A model generated the notes under the pieces. It made no database searches and was not told where the DNA came from. It saw only the letters and a list, made by a program, of their open reading frames with translations. From an uncultured Bacilli bacterium (GTDB lineage: Bacteria > Bacillota_I > Bacilli_A > RF39 > UBA660): 64,000 nt of DNA. Positions 16,688 through 27,076 of this stretch are shown in pieces (positions within the stretch are counted from its first letter, which is position 1; each line of letters starts with the position of its first letter). The DNA is taken from positions 11,287-75,286 of the forward strand of contig CAKOKR010000002.1 of NCBI GenBank assembly GCA_934095965.1, read 5' to 3'. The position numbers were made by a program, and so were the translations under genes.

Positions 16688-19009
16688 CTAAATATCCTTT
16701 CCTTCTAATCTTTTTAATAATTCTACACTAACAGGTTCCCCAGTTTTTCTTCCACATCTTGGACATACATCTTTAATAATTCCAACATAACCACAAACTG
16801 GATCTCTATCTACTGGATGGTTAATCGCTCCATATCCAATATCACTTTCTTTCATTATTCTAACAACACTTTCAAATGCTTCTAGATTATCTGATGGATC
16901 TCCATCAAGTTCAATATAACTAATATGACCAGCATTTGTAAACTTATGATATGCTCCTTCAAGTCTTAATTTATCTGCAATAGAAATATTGTAATAAACT
17001 GGAACATGGAATGAATTTGTGTAATAAGCTCTATCTGTTACTCCAGGAATCTTACCATATATATCTCTATCAATACTAACAAATCTACCAGATAAACCTT
17101 CCGCAGGTGTTGCAAGACAAGTAAAATTCAAATTATATTTTTTACTATATTCATCACATTTTTCTCTCATGTGACCAATTATTTTAACACCAAGTTTTTG
17201 TGCTTCTTCACTTTCACCATGATGTTTACCAATCAAAGCTTTTAAACATTCAGCTAAACCAATAAATCCAATTGAAAGTGTACCGTGTTTTAATACCTTC
17301 TTTAATTTATCATTTGGTTTTAATTTATCACTATCAAGCCAAACACCTTGACCCATTAAGAATGGGAAATTATAAACTCTTTTATTACATTGAATATCAT
17401 ATCTTTCAAGTAATTGATCTTTAACAAGTTCCATTAAATCATCAAGTTCTTCATAAAAACCTTTCATATCAGCTTTATCTAAAGCATTTTTACCAACAAT
17501 ACCATGTTTAATACCAAGTCTTGGTAAATTAATTGATGTAAATGATAAATTACCTCTTCCTGGTGTAATTTGTTTATCAGGATCAACTACGTTACCTATA
17601 ACTCTAGTTCTACATCCCATATAACCAACTTCAGTACGATAATCTCCTTCTTTATAATATGGTTTATTAAATGATGAATCTAAGAAAGACCAATTTGGAA
17701 ATAATCTTTTCGCAGACACTCTTAAACTTAATTTAAATAAATCATAATTTGGATCTTCAGGATTATAGTTAACTCCTTCTTTTACTTTAAATATTGAAAT
17801 TGGAAATATCGGAGTTTCACCATGACCAAGTCCAGCTTCACTAGCAAGCATATAGTTTTTAGTAACCATTCTGCCTTCACTAGATGTATCTGTACCAAAA
17901 TTTATTGATGAAAATGGTACTTGTGCACCAGCTCTTGAATGCATTGTATTTAAATTATGCACAAATGCTTCCATTGCTTGATATGTTCTCTTTTCAGTTT
18001 TTTCTAAAGATTTCTTTAATGCTAAATCAAACATTCTCTTTAAAAGTTCTGAATCTTTATAATATTTTTCAAAATAATCAACAGTTATATCTATTGTATT
18101 AATTTTTGCTATATCTTTTTCAATACTATTCATATTGATAAAATCATTTAAATCTTCTAAATCAACATAATCCTTAATAGATGTTTTAACCATTTTCTTA
18201 AATGTTTTTAAAACACCTGGTGCTAAATAATAATCAAATGCTGGAATACTTTGACCACCATGTTGATCATTTTGATTTGATTGAACAGCTATTGCAGCAA
18301 GTGCAGAATAACTCATTATATCATTTGGTTCTCTCAAATGTCCATGACCTGTAGAAAAACCATTTTTAAATAATTTATCTAAATCAATTTGCATACATGT
18401 TGTTGTACCCATAGCTTCAAAATCCATATCATGAATATGAATATATCCCTCATCATGAGCATCTGCAAACTTTTTCTTCATTAAATAAGATTTAGCAAAT
18501 TCTCTTGATACATTCGAACCAAATTGTAACATTGTTCCCATCGCAGAATTACCATCAATATTACCATTTTCTCTTTTTGCATCATCTTCTGCAGCACTTT
18601 TAAGTGCTAAGCCTTCTAATGTTTTTAAAAATTTATGACTTCTTTTATCATCAGTAAATGCTTCTCTAGCTTTTGTTCTATTTTCTCTATATTCAGCAAA
18701 ACTTTCATAAACATCATCATACTTATCTTTCTTCAAAGTATCTTCGATAATATCTTGTATATCTTCAATCTTAATACTTGCTTTATCAGAGTAATCTTTT
18801 TCAATTCTCTTTATTACATGTCCATATACTTTTTGGATGTCATTTGATTTATATTTTAATATTTCATCATCATCCTCATTTGTTACTTTGATACTATCAA
18901 AGCCTTTTTTAATTGCCATAGCTATCTTGGTTCCATTAAAATTAACTTTAGAACCATTTCTCTTAACTACTTTAATTGTTTCAAAAATTTCTTCATTTGC
19001 CTTTGGCAT
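16688..19009 (-). CDS. nrdD: Anaerobic ribonucleoside-triphosphate reductase NrdD, large part (ATP-cone, barrel, Zn-ribbon) lacking the glycyl-radical motif
   Basis: N-terminal ATP-cone (VVKRNGSKVNFNGTKI), class III RNR core, C-terminal CPRCG ribbon, then a TAG stop before any RxxGY motif. Confidence 0.9.
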   Translation of the reverse strand: MPKANEEIFETIKVVKRNGSKVNFNGTKIAMAIKKGFDSIKVTNEDDDEILKYKSNDIQKVYGHVIKRIEKDYSDKASIKIEDIQDIIEDTLKKDKYDDVYESFAEYRENRTKAREAFTDDKRSHKFLKTLEGLALKSAAEDDAKRENGNIDGNSAMGTMLQFGSNVSREFAKSYLMKKKFADAHDEGYIHIHDMDFEAMGTTTCMQIDLDKLFKNGFSTGHGHLREPNDIMSYSALAAIAVQSNQNDQHGGQSIPAFDYYLAPGVLKTFKKMVKTSIKDYVDLEDLNDFINMNSIEKDIAKINTIDITVDYFEKYYKDSELLKRMFDLALKKSLEKTEKRTYQAMEAFVHNLNTMHSRAGAQVPFSSINFGTDTSSEGRMVTKNYMLASEAGLGHGETPIFPISIFKVKEGVNYNPEDPNYDLFKLSLRVSAKRLFPNWSFLDSSFNKPYYKEGDYRTEVGYMGCRTRVIGNVVDPDKQITPGRGNLSFTSINLPRLGIKHGIVGKNALDKADMKGFYEELDDLMELVKDQLLERYDIQCNKRVYNFPFLMGQGVWLDSDKLKPNDKLKKVLKHGTLSIGFIGLAECLKALIGKHHGESEEAQKLGVKIIGHMREKCDEYSKKYNLNFTCLATPAEGLSGRFVSIDRDIYGKIPGVTDRAYYTNSFHVPVYYNISIADKLRLEGAYHKFTNAGHISYIELDGDPSDNLEAFESVVRIMKESDIGYGAINHPVDRDPVCGYVGIIKDVCPRCGRKTGEPVSVELLKRLEGKDI

Positions 19010-19302
19010 AATACACTTCCTTCCTTATCACATTTTCATTATAATACGTAGCAAGATATTTGTCTATCAAAATTACTAATTTTATTTTTTTAAAATTTTT
19101 ACTTTTTAAAATTTTGCCCCGATTTTTCGTTGTTCGTATTTTTAAGTTATCTCTGGTTTACCTAGTATTTATCCAGAAAACTCTTATATTTTAAAAAATA
19201 TTTCATTTTTTACATTTGTTTACTTTTTTAACTTTTTAATTTTTCAAAAATTTGACATATCAAATTTTTACATCATAAAATCTTTTCAAAAATTAATAAA
19301 GC

Positions 19303-19331
19303 TTGCACATAACATTAATAATTAGTATAAT
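19303..19331 (+). promoter_or_regulatory. Sigma-A-type promoter for murC
   Basis: TTGCAC (19303-19308), 17 nt, TATAAT (19326-19331). Confidence 0.55.
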
Positions 19332-19351
19332 ATTTATAAGGACGTGATAAT

Positions 19352-20716
19352 ATGTTTAATAATAAAAAAATACATTTAATTGGTATCGGAGGAATAAGCA
19401 TGAGTAGTATTGCTTTAATGCTTAAAAATATGAATGCACAAGTAACAGGAAGTGATATTCAAGAATCTGATATAACTAATAGTTTAATAAAAGAAGGAAT
19501 AGATGTATTATATGGACATCATCCTGAAATGGTAGAAAATGCTGATATAGTTGTTTATACCGCAGCAATTCATGAAACAGATCCAGAAAGAATAGCAATA
19601 ACTACTTACAACAAAAAATCTTATGAAAGAGCAGAATTTCTTGGACTTCTTATGAAAGAATTTAAAAACTCTTTATGTGTATCAGGAACTCATGGAAAAA
19701 GTACAACAACAGGTATGATTGCCAATATATTTCTAACAGCAAATTTAAATCCAACTATTCAAGTCGGAGCAATACTACCAGAAATAAATAGCAACACCCA
19801 CATAGGTAATCACGAATATTTCATCATGGAAGCTTGTGAATATGTTGACTCATTTCTACATTTTTATCCAACCAGTGCAATCATAACAAATATTGATAAT
19901 GACCACCTAGATTATTTTAAAAATTTAGAAAACATCAAAAAATCATTTTACAAATATGTAAGTCTATTACCAGAAAATGGATATCTAGTTAAAAATAATG
20001 ATGATATAAATTCAAATGATTTAGAAAAATATACAAAAGCACATGTAATAACATATGGTATAAATAAAAAATCAGACTATGAAGCAAAAAATATTACATG
20101 TAATGAACTTGGACACTATAGTTTTGATATTTACCACAATTATGAATATATAATTACAATAAATTTAAATATCAATGGAAAGCACAACATATATAATGCT
20201 CTATCAGCATTTACTTTATCTCAAAACTACATCAAAGATTATAATTTAATTAAAAAAGGTCTTGAAGAATACCACGGCGTAGGAAGAAGATTTGAATATC
20301 TTGGTAAACTAAATAATGCTTTAATTTATGATGATTATGCACATCACCCAAGTGAAATAAAAACAACTGTTGAAAGTGTAAAAGGTGTTAAACATAATGA
20401 ATCTTGGGCAATATTTCAATCTCATACATATTCAAGAACTAAAGAACACTTAGATAGTTTTGCAAATATTCTTAGTAATTTTGATCACATCATTATTGCA
20501 ACAATATATCCAGCCAGAGAAATAAATACATTTAACATAAGTGAAGATATGCTTGTTGAAAAAATAAAAGAAAAAAATAAAAATGTTATATATATTGATG
20601 ATTTTGATAAAATCGTAGATTATGTAAAAACTCATGTTAAACCAAATGATTTAGTAATAACTATCGGAGCTGGACCAATAAATAAAGTATCAAAAAAGCT
20701 TGTCAGTCTAAACTGA
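19352..20716 (+). CDS. murC: UDP-N-acetylmuramate--L-alanine ligase
   Basis: IHLIGIGGISMSSIALML and GTHGKSTTTGM; Mur ligase architecture. Confidence 0.9.
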   Translation: MFNNKKIHLIGIGGISMSSIALMLKNMNAQVTGSDIQESDITNSLIKEGIDVLYGHHPEMVENADIVVYTAAIHETDPERIAITTYNKKSYERAEFLGLLMKEFKNSLCVSGTHGKSTTTGMIANIFLTANLNPTIQVGAILPEINSNTHIGNHEYFIMEACEYVDSFLHFYPTSAIITNIDNDHLDYFKNLENIKKSFYKYVSLLPENGYLVKNNDDINSNDLEKYTKAHVITYGINKKSDYEAKNITCNELGHYSFDIYHNYEYIITINLNINGKHNIYNALSAFTLSQNYIKDYNLIKKGLEEYHGVGRRFEYLGKLNNALIYDDYAHHPSEIKTTVESVKGVKHNESWAIFQSHTYSRTKEHLDSFANILSNFDHIIIATIYPAREINTFNISEDMLVEKIKEKNKNVIYIDDFDKIVDYVKTHVKPNDLVITIGAGPINKVSKKLVSLN

Positions 20717-21689
20717 TAAGCTTTTTTCTATACTCTTCTAAACAATTAATAATTTCTATTCTACTCCTACACTTACATATTTCATTCTTTATTTCTTTAT
20801 TCTCTGGTAATCCCTTTAAATAATTAAGTAAATGACTTCTCATTTCAAGTACAGCTTGACCTTCACTTTTATCTTTACATAATTCATTTAAATGATATTC
20901 CATCATATCAATTTTTTCATTAAATGAAACACTTTCTGGAGATGCTCCAGTACTCAAATAATCTACACATTCTTTTATTAACCAAGGATTACCAAGAAGA
21001 CCTCTTCCTATCATTACTGCACTACACCCAGTCTCATCAAGCATTCTCTTAGCATCATAACATGTTGTTACATCACCATTACCAATAACAGGTATATCCA
21101 CTTCATCAACTACTTGTTTAATAATATTCCAATCCGATTTACCAGAATAACCTTGTGCTCTAGTTCTTCCATGAACAGTAATTGCACTAGCTCCATTTTC
21201 TTCACAAATTTTTGCAATTTCCAAAGCATTTATACTATTACTATCCCAACCACTTCTAATTTTCACAGTAACAGGTACATTAACTGCATCAACTACAGCC
21301 TTAACAATTTCTCCAACTTTTTTTGGATTTTTCAAAAGAGCACTACCAGCTTGACTTCTTAAAGCAATCTTAGGAACTGGACACCCCATATTTATATCAA
21401 TAATATCAGGTTTCATTTTCTCTTCTACAACTTTAGCAGCCTCAACAAAAGATTCAACATCACTACCAAATATTTGTTGACTTATTGGTCTTTCATCCTC
21501 ATCCATATCAAGTAACTTAAATGTCTTTTCATTACCAAATAAAATAGCTTTATCACTAACCATTTCTGCAACAACTAAAGATGCTCCCATATTCTTACAT
21601 ATTTTTCTAAATGTTTTATTACTAACTCCAGCCATCGGAGCAACCACTATATTACCATTAATCTCTACATTACCAATTTTAAAACTCAT
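20703..21689 (-). CDS. dusB: tRNA-dihydrouridine synthase
   Basis: VAPMAGVSN, DINMGCPV and VHGRTR motifs of the Dus family. Confidence 0.85.
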   Translation of the reverse strand: MSFKIGNVEINGNIVVAPMAGVSNKTFRKICKNMGASLVVAEMVSDKAILFGNEKTFKLLDMDEDERPISQQIFGSDVESFVEAAKVVEEKMKPDIIDINMGCPVPKIALRSQAGSALLKNPKKVGEIVKAVVDAVNVPVTVKIRSGWDSNSINALEIAKICEENGASAITVHGRTRAQGYSGKSDWNIIKQVVDEVDIPVIGNGDVTTCYDAKRMLDETGCSAVMIGRGLLGNPWLIKECVDYLSTGASPESVSFNEKIDMMEYHLNELCKDKSEGQAVLEMRSHLLNYLKGLPENKEIKNEICKCRSRIEIINCLEEYRKKLISLD

Positions 21690-22240
21690 TTCTTCAATTC
21701 TCCAATATCCCCTGATGTAATTAAAAATGCATTAGCATCATCAGTATCCAAATGAACTTCATAAAATCCATCTTCAGTTACTTTTGCTTTAACATCTATA
21801 GTTCCAGGTTTAATTCCATTAATATCTAAATGTAATATTTGATCATCAACAACTCCATATTTTAAAGCATCACTCGGACTAAAATGAACATGTCTATCTG
21901 CAATAATTGCATAATTACCTGTTATACTTCCCCTATCAGTTTCAATAGTGACTAACTCTGCATCATTTAACACACCACTTTTTCTAACCGGTGGATTAAT
22001 ACCAAGTTTTCTTGCATCACTCTTAGCAAGTTCAACCTGATTATATAATCTAACTGGTCCAATAACTCTAACATTATCAATTACTCCATCCTGAGTTTTA
22101 ATTCTAACTGTCTCAACACTAGCAAATTGACCAACTTGATTTAACATATTTCTAACATATAACTCATGTCCAAATAAAATATGTAATGCTTCTTTAGTTA
22201 AATGAACATGTCTTGCACTTATATTAATTTTTACTTCCAT
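21686..22240 (-). CDS. pduL: Phosphate propanoyl/acetyltransferase PduL
   Basis: Duplicated SARHVHL / ADRHVHF motifs characteristic of PduL. Confidence 0.8.
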   Translation of the reverse strand: MEVKINISARHVHLTKEALHILFGHELYVRNMLNQVGQFASVETVRIKTQDGVIDNVRVIGPVRLYNQVELAKSDARKLGINPPVRKSGVLNDAELVTIETDRGSITGNYAIIADRHVHFSPSDALKYGVVDDQILHLDINGIKPGTIDVKAKVTEDGFYEVHLDTDDANAFLITSGDIGELKK

Positions 22241-22242
22241 AT

Positions 22243-22857
22243 CTATTCCTCACAATCTATAACTTCAATATTAACAATTTTTCCTTTTTCTCTATCGACT
22301 TTTATAATATTAACATCTATAAATGAATCATCTAATATTACTTTTCCTTGATATGACAAAATTAATCTATCATCATAATTAAAACCTTTATCTAAATAAT
22401 CAAGTAAATACCCCATTATAGCACCTTTCTGAGTAAAAACAACAATATCTTTATTAACACACTTTTTTATAATTCTATCCATTGCTATATTCATTCTTTT
22501 ACTAACTTCATTTAAAGACTCACCATGTTTAAACTTAAAATCAAAATCTCTTTCTTGCATAAACCTAAGCATTTTAATATTTCTATTTTCCATATCTCCT
22601 ACTCTAGTGTCATTTAAAAAAGAATTTATATTAATTGGTAAATCCCATCTTTTTGAATAATACTTAGCACAAGAAATACTTGATGCATAACTTGATGAAT
22701 ATATAACATCTGCTTTAATTTTTTTAGCAACTTTTACCGCAGCTTTCTCACCTTCAATAGACAAGACTCTCGTAGTTCTTTTTTGTTCCAAAGATTCATC
22801 AGTTTCATAAAATATATTATCAATAACTAAATTATTACTAACAAAATATACAGTCAT
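22243..22857 (-). CDS. Histidine-phosphatase-superfamily-like protein lacking the RHG catalytic motif
   Basis: Fold-level pattern (VIYSSSYASSISCAKY, HGESL, VVFTQKGAI), but the N-terminus reads YFVSNN where RHGET is expected. Confidence 0.4.
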   Translation of the reverse strand: MTVYFVSNNLVIDNIFYETDESLEQKRTTRVLSIEGEKAAVKVAKKIKADVIYSSSYASSISCAKYYSKRWDLPININSFLNDTRVGDMENRNIKMLRFMQERDFDFKFKHGESLNEVSKRMNIAMDRIIKKCVNKDIVVFTQKGAIMGYLLDYLDKGFNYDDRLILSYQGKVILDDSFIDVNIIKVDREKGKIVNIEVIDCEE

Positions 22858-22945
22858 AATACCACCACAATAATTTTATCAAAAAAATTTGTTATTGACA
22901 ATAGCAAGAAAATAAACTATATTAGAATTAAGGCGGGTATGTAGT

Positions 22946-25420
22946 ATGAAAAATGAATTAATTAAAATTTTTAAACCAACACCAAAAACATTAACTTTGA
23001 ATGATATCAAAGATGCATTAGGATACAAAAATATCACTAAGGCAGAAAGACGCCATATTGACAAAAATTTATTAAAACTAGAATTAGACGGGAAAGTTTA
23101 TTATGATTTCATAAATAATTGTTATTATATTTTTCCATCTAATTTTTTTGTTTCAAAAATTCATAAAATTCATGATGGCATCATAACTTTCGGTGTAAAT
23201 GGTAAATATGAAGAAACAAAACTAAATAACAATGAAGCTAAGAAAAAAGATTTTATTGTTGTTAAAAAAGATAGTGATGGTTACAAACTAGTCAAAGTAA
23301 TTGGTAAACCTGAAGAACTAGAAAACATTGATGACTTAGAAAAAATCTATAGTTTATTTAACCCTTACAGTGCATCATTTACATTTAAAGAATTACTTAA
23401 AATGACTAAATCTGATGAAGATGAACTAAACAAAGTATTACAAGAATTAGAAAACGAAGGAATACTTTATCTTGATAATGAAGATGAACATTATAAAACT
23501 ATGCCATCAAATTATTTTGTAACAACTGCAGAATCTACACGTAAAGGCTTCTACACAGTTACATTAAATGGAATTACTTACAATCTTCCTTTAGAAAATA
23601 GTAATGGTATTCTTCCCTTTGATAAAGTTCTTCTTAAAAAAGATGGTAAAAACATATCTTTAGTAAAAATAATAAAAAGATCTTTACCAGATGTAGTTTG
23701 TGAAGTTGTAGATGAAAAAACAATTAAAGTCGTAGGTAACAGCAACATAAATATCAGATGTACTGAAGAATCATTCAAAAACTTACATCTACCAATTGGA
23801 ACAAGATTCCTAGGTTGTGTTGGAACAAACGAAGTAAATAACATTTATAATGTTCATTTTAATAAAGTAATCGGACATAAATATGATGTTAATGCTGAAC
23901 AAGAAGCCATTGTAATAAATAATGGATTTTGGGTTCACTATTCAAAAGAAGAAGATGACCAAGCATATAAAACTAAAAACAAAGTTACCGAAGAAGACAA
24001 AGTTGGTCGTGTTGATTTAACAAATAGAAAAATATTTACAATTGATGGTGCTGGAACAAAAGACATGGATGATGCTACATCAATTACAAAAAAAGATAAT
24101 GGTAACTATCTTCTAGATGTTCACATTTCCCATGTTTCACGTTATATTCCAATAAATTCTCCACTTTTCATGAGAGCAGTTCACAACACAACCAGTGTAT
24201 ACTTAGCAAACAAAGTTGTTCACATGTTACATCCTCAAATATCAAATGGTATTTGTTCCTTAAATCCAAATGAAGAAAGACTTACAAAAACATATCGAAT
24301 GGAAATTGATCCACGCGGTAACATTATAGATTTTAATTACTTCGATAGTGTTATTAAATCAAGAAAGAAAATGACATATGAAGATTGTAATGAAATCTTT
24401 GAAAACAATAAAATACCTGATGGATACGAAGATTATGTTGATGAATTACTTCTAATGCAAGAACTTGCCCAAATAATTGAAAATCGTCGTCGTGAAAATG
24501 GATGTCTAGACTTTGGTAACAAAGAAATTGAATTTATTCTTGATGATGAAGATAAAATAATTGGTGTTACTACTAGAAGCCAAGGACCTGCAGAAAAAAT
24601 AATTGAAAACTTCATGGTGGCAACAAATGAAGCACTCGCAGAATTCATGTACAACTTAGGTATAGAATTCATCTACAGAAATCACGAAATACCATATGAT
24701 GATAAAGTAAAAGAAACAGTAAAACTAATAACTCAAATTGGTTATAAAGTTGATTCAATAAAAAATGGTGATGATCCTCATGTTATTCAAAGAATTATTG
24801 ATTCATTAAGTACTAAAGAAGAATTCTTTATTCTATCTTCCCTACTTTTAAGATCAATGCAAAAAGCATATTTTAGTACCGAAAACAAAGGTCACTATGG
24901 ACTTGCATTAAATGCTTATTCTCAAACAACATCACCAATACGAAGATTAATGGATTTAATTATTGAATATATTCTAGATAATTTAGATAAAATCCTAGAT
25001 GGCACAATTAACATGGATGAATTAAAATCTACATTAAATAGTTTATGTCAAAGAGCGTCAATGATGGAACGTTGTGCAGATAAAGCTGAATATGAAAGTA
25101 ATAAATTAAACATGATAGATTATGTTTTAAAACATCAAGATTTGGAATACACTGCATATATTCAAGATATAACTCCAAGATACATGGTTATTAAAACAAA
25201 AGAATTAATCGAAGGTATAGTTTATTTTGAAGATATACTTGATGGGTTCTATGAATACAATCCAGATTGTAGATGGTTAGAAAATCCACACACAAGACAT
25301 AGAATAACAATTGGAAGCAAACTAAACCTACAATTTAAAGAAGCAGACCGTGAATACAGAATATTAAAATTCTATGCAACAACTCTAACAAAAGAAAACA
25401 TACTATCAAGAAAAAAGTGA
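22946..25420 (+). CDS. rnr: Ribonuclease R (RNase II/VacB family) with extended N-terminal region
   Basis: FTIDGAGTKDMDDA and YSQTTSPIRRLMDL RNB motifs, plus a C-terminal S1-like domain. Confidence 0.85.
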   Translation: MKNELIKIFKPTPKTLTLNDIKDALGYKNITKAERRHIDKNLLKLELDGKVYYDFINNCYYIFPSNFFVSKIHKIHDGIITFGVNGKYEETKLNNNEAKKKDFIVVKKDSDGYKLVKVIGKPEELENIDDLEKIYSLFNPYSASFTFKELLKMTKSDEDELNKVLQELENEGILYLDNEDEHYKTMPSNYFVTTAESTRKGFYTVTLNGITYNLPLENSNGILPFDKVLLKKDGKNISLVKIIKRSLPDVVCEVVDEKTIKVVGNSNINIRCTEESFKNLHLPIGTRFLGCVGTNEVNNIYNVHFNKVIGHKYDVNAEQEAIVINNGFWVHYSKEEDDQAYKTKNKVTEEDKVGRVDLTNRKIFTIDGAGTKDMDDATSITKKDNGNYLLDVHISHVSRYIPINSPLFMRAVHNTTSVYLANKVVHMLHPQISNGICSLNPNEERLTKTYRMEIDPRGNIIDFNYFDSVIKSRKKMTYEDCNEIFENNKIPDGYEDYVDELLLMQELAQIIENRRRENGCLDFGNKEIEFILDDEDKIIGVTTRSQGPAEKIIENFMVATNEALAEFMYNLGIEFIYRNHEIPYDDKVKETVKLITQIGYKVDSIKNGDDPHVIQRIIDSLSTKEEFFILSSLLLRSMQKAYFSTENKGHYGLALNAYSQTTSPIRRLMDLIIEYILDNLDKILDGTINMDELKSTLNSLCQRASMMERCADKAEYESNKLNMIDYVLKHQDLEYTAYIQDITPRYMVIKTKELIEGIVYFEDILDGFYEYNPDCRWLENPHTRHRITIGSKLNLQFKEADREYRILKFYATTLTKENILSRKK

Positions 25421-25444
25421 TAAACATCAAAGTTTATCGCTTTT

Positions 25445-26536
25445 TTAATAAGAATCAATTTTGACAATATCTTCTTTATTACCAAGTTTATCCAAATCAA
25501 CACTATTAATACTATCAAATCTTTTAGTAATCTTTTCACTAGTTGTATGAAGTTCATCAATACTTTGATTTACACTCTTAACAGTTCTAGCTAATTTATC
25601 CCAACGATCTTTATATCTTGAAAATTCAACACTTAATTTATTTAACTCATCATGAATAACTTTAGCATATTTATCTCTTTCCATATTTTTAAGTATCATA
25701 CTTATTATTGAAACAGTACTAATTAATGTCGTAGGTCCAGCAATCCAAACTCTTTTATTATATGCATAATTTAGAAGTTCTGGATGATATGCATTTATTT
25801 CAGCAAATAAAGCTTCTGCAGGTAAAAACATAATAGCTTCATCCGTAGTTTCCCCAGGTATAATGTATTTTTCACTAATATCATTAATATGTTTTTTTAC
25901 ATCTTGAACAAATAACTTTTCATGATATTCTCTCTCTTCTTTTGTTTTAGTTTTATCAGTCATTCTTTGATAATTTTCAAGTGGAAACTTAGAATCTATT
26001 GCAATAGTACCAAGTGGTGCTGGTGCATAAAGAATTGCATCCGCTATTGCTCCCGTAGATAATTTAACTTGAGTTTTATAAATACCATTTTTATTACTTC
26101 CAAAAGCATTATTTAAGATATATTCTAGATTTACTTCTCCAAAAGTACCTCTAGTTTTTTTATCAGTTAAAACACTTTGTAAAGAAACAATTTCTCCATT
26201 TAAACTATCAATCTTCTTCTGAGCTTCATCAATTTTATTAAGTCTTTCTAATACATTCATAAAAGTTTTATTACTCTTTTCAAAGTTTTGATCAAGTCGC
26301 TCATTAACTCTATCATTAATAAGAGTTAATTTTTTTTCAATTCTCTCATTCAAAAGCTCAAAATCTTGAGTTAACACTTTTGAAAAACCATATTTAAACT
26401 CACCAATTTCTTTATTTATATTAGCTTCAAAATGTCCAAGCCTTTCAGTCATTTCATTATTATTATTTTTTCTAAACACTAGCACTAATAAAAGTACTAT
26501 AACTACACCAAGTAGTCCAACAATCACATATTCCAT
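25445..26536 (-). CDS. rmuC: DNA recombination protein RmuC
   Basis: N-terminal TM, coiled coil, RGTFGEVNLEYIL and a C-terminal nuclease-like region typical of RmuC. Confidence 0.8.
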   Translation of the reverse strand: MEYVIVGLLGVVIVLLLVLVFRKNNNNEMTERLGHFEANINKEIGEFKYGFSKVLTQDFELLNERIEKKLTLINDRVNERLDQNFEKSNKTFMNVLERLNKIDEAQKKIDSLNGEIVSLQSVLTDKKTRGTFGEVNLEYILNNAFGSNKNGIYKTQVKLSTGAIADAILYAPAPLGTIAIDSKFPLENYQRMTDKTKTKEEREYHEKLFVQDVKKHINDISEKYIIPGETTDEAIMFLPAEALFAEINAYHPELLNYAYNKRVWIAGPTTLISTVSIISMILKNMERDKYAKVIHDELNKLSVEFSRYKDRWDKLARTVKSVNQSIDELHTTSEKITKRFDSINSVDLDKLGNKEDIVKIDSY

Positions 26537-26545
26537 AAATCCTCC

Positions 26546-27073
26546 TTATTTTTTTATTCTCTTTAAATCTATTATTTCATCTATATAAATTTGATTTAAA
26601 TCTATTTCACACAATTCATGATAAAGTCTCATAAAATTAGTATTAAATGGTTGATACAATGACCCACTATTTCTAATTCTTACACATTCACCTTTATCAA
26701 AAGTAATTATTATTTTTGTATTTTTTTTACAAATACTAAATGACGGAGCAACTAAATAAGAATAATCATCACTCATCCAAGTTACTACATCATCATGAAC
26801 TAACAACTCATAATTTGATAATCTTTTTAATCTTTTTTTATCACTATAATCAAATGGTAACCTACAATTAATTAAATCATTATATAATTTATTAAATATA
26901 TCATAAACTCTTAAATTACTTTCATCAATTATAAATTTATTATCACTTAAAATACTAAAATATAAATCCAAATTACCAGCAAACCAAATATTAAGTAAAA
27001 CATTACTATTATAACTTAAAGTTATACACGGATAATCTTCATAAGTTTTATTAACGCCTAACTTCTCAACCAT
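26546..27073 (-). CDS. Hypothetical protein
   Basis: 175-aa ORF tightly packed between asnB and rmuC. No motif recognised. Confidence 0.45.
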   Translation of the reverse strand: MVEKLGVNKTYEDYPCITLSYNSNVLLNIWFAGNLDLYFSILSDNKFIIDESNLRVYDIFNKLYNDLINCRLPFDYSDKKRLKRLSNYELLVHDDVVTWMSDDYSYLVAPSFSICKKNTKIIITFDKGECVRIRNSGSLYQPFNTNFMRLYHELCEIDLNQIYIDEIIDLKRIKK

Positions 27074-27076
27074 TAT

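Noticed and set aside
19010-19351. NrdR boxes or another defined element in the 340-bp AT-rich divergent region between nrdD and murC.
   Set aside because: Only weak partial palindromes (for example AGACAAATATCTTGCT) were found, none close to the 16-bp NrdR consensus pair. The region is mostly T-tract-rich DNA with a plausible murC promoter, so nothing further could be supported by eye.
22879-23064. 61-aa minus-strand ORF overlapping the rnr start.
   Set aside because: It overlaps the rnr promoter and 5' coding region in antisense, and gives a hydrophobic low-complexity translation.
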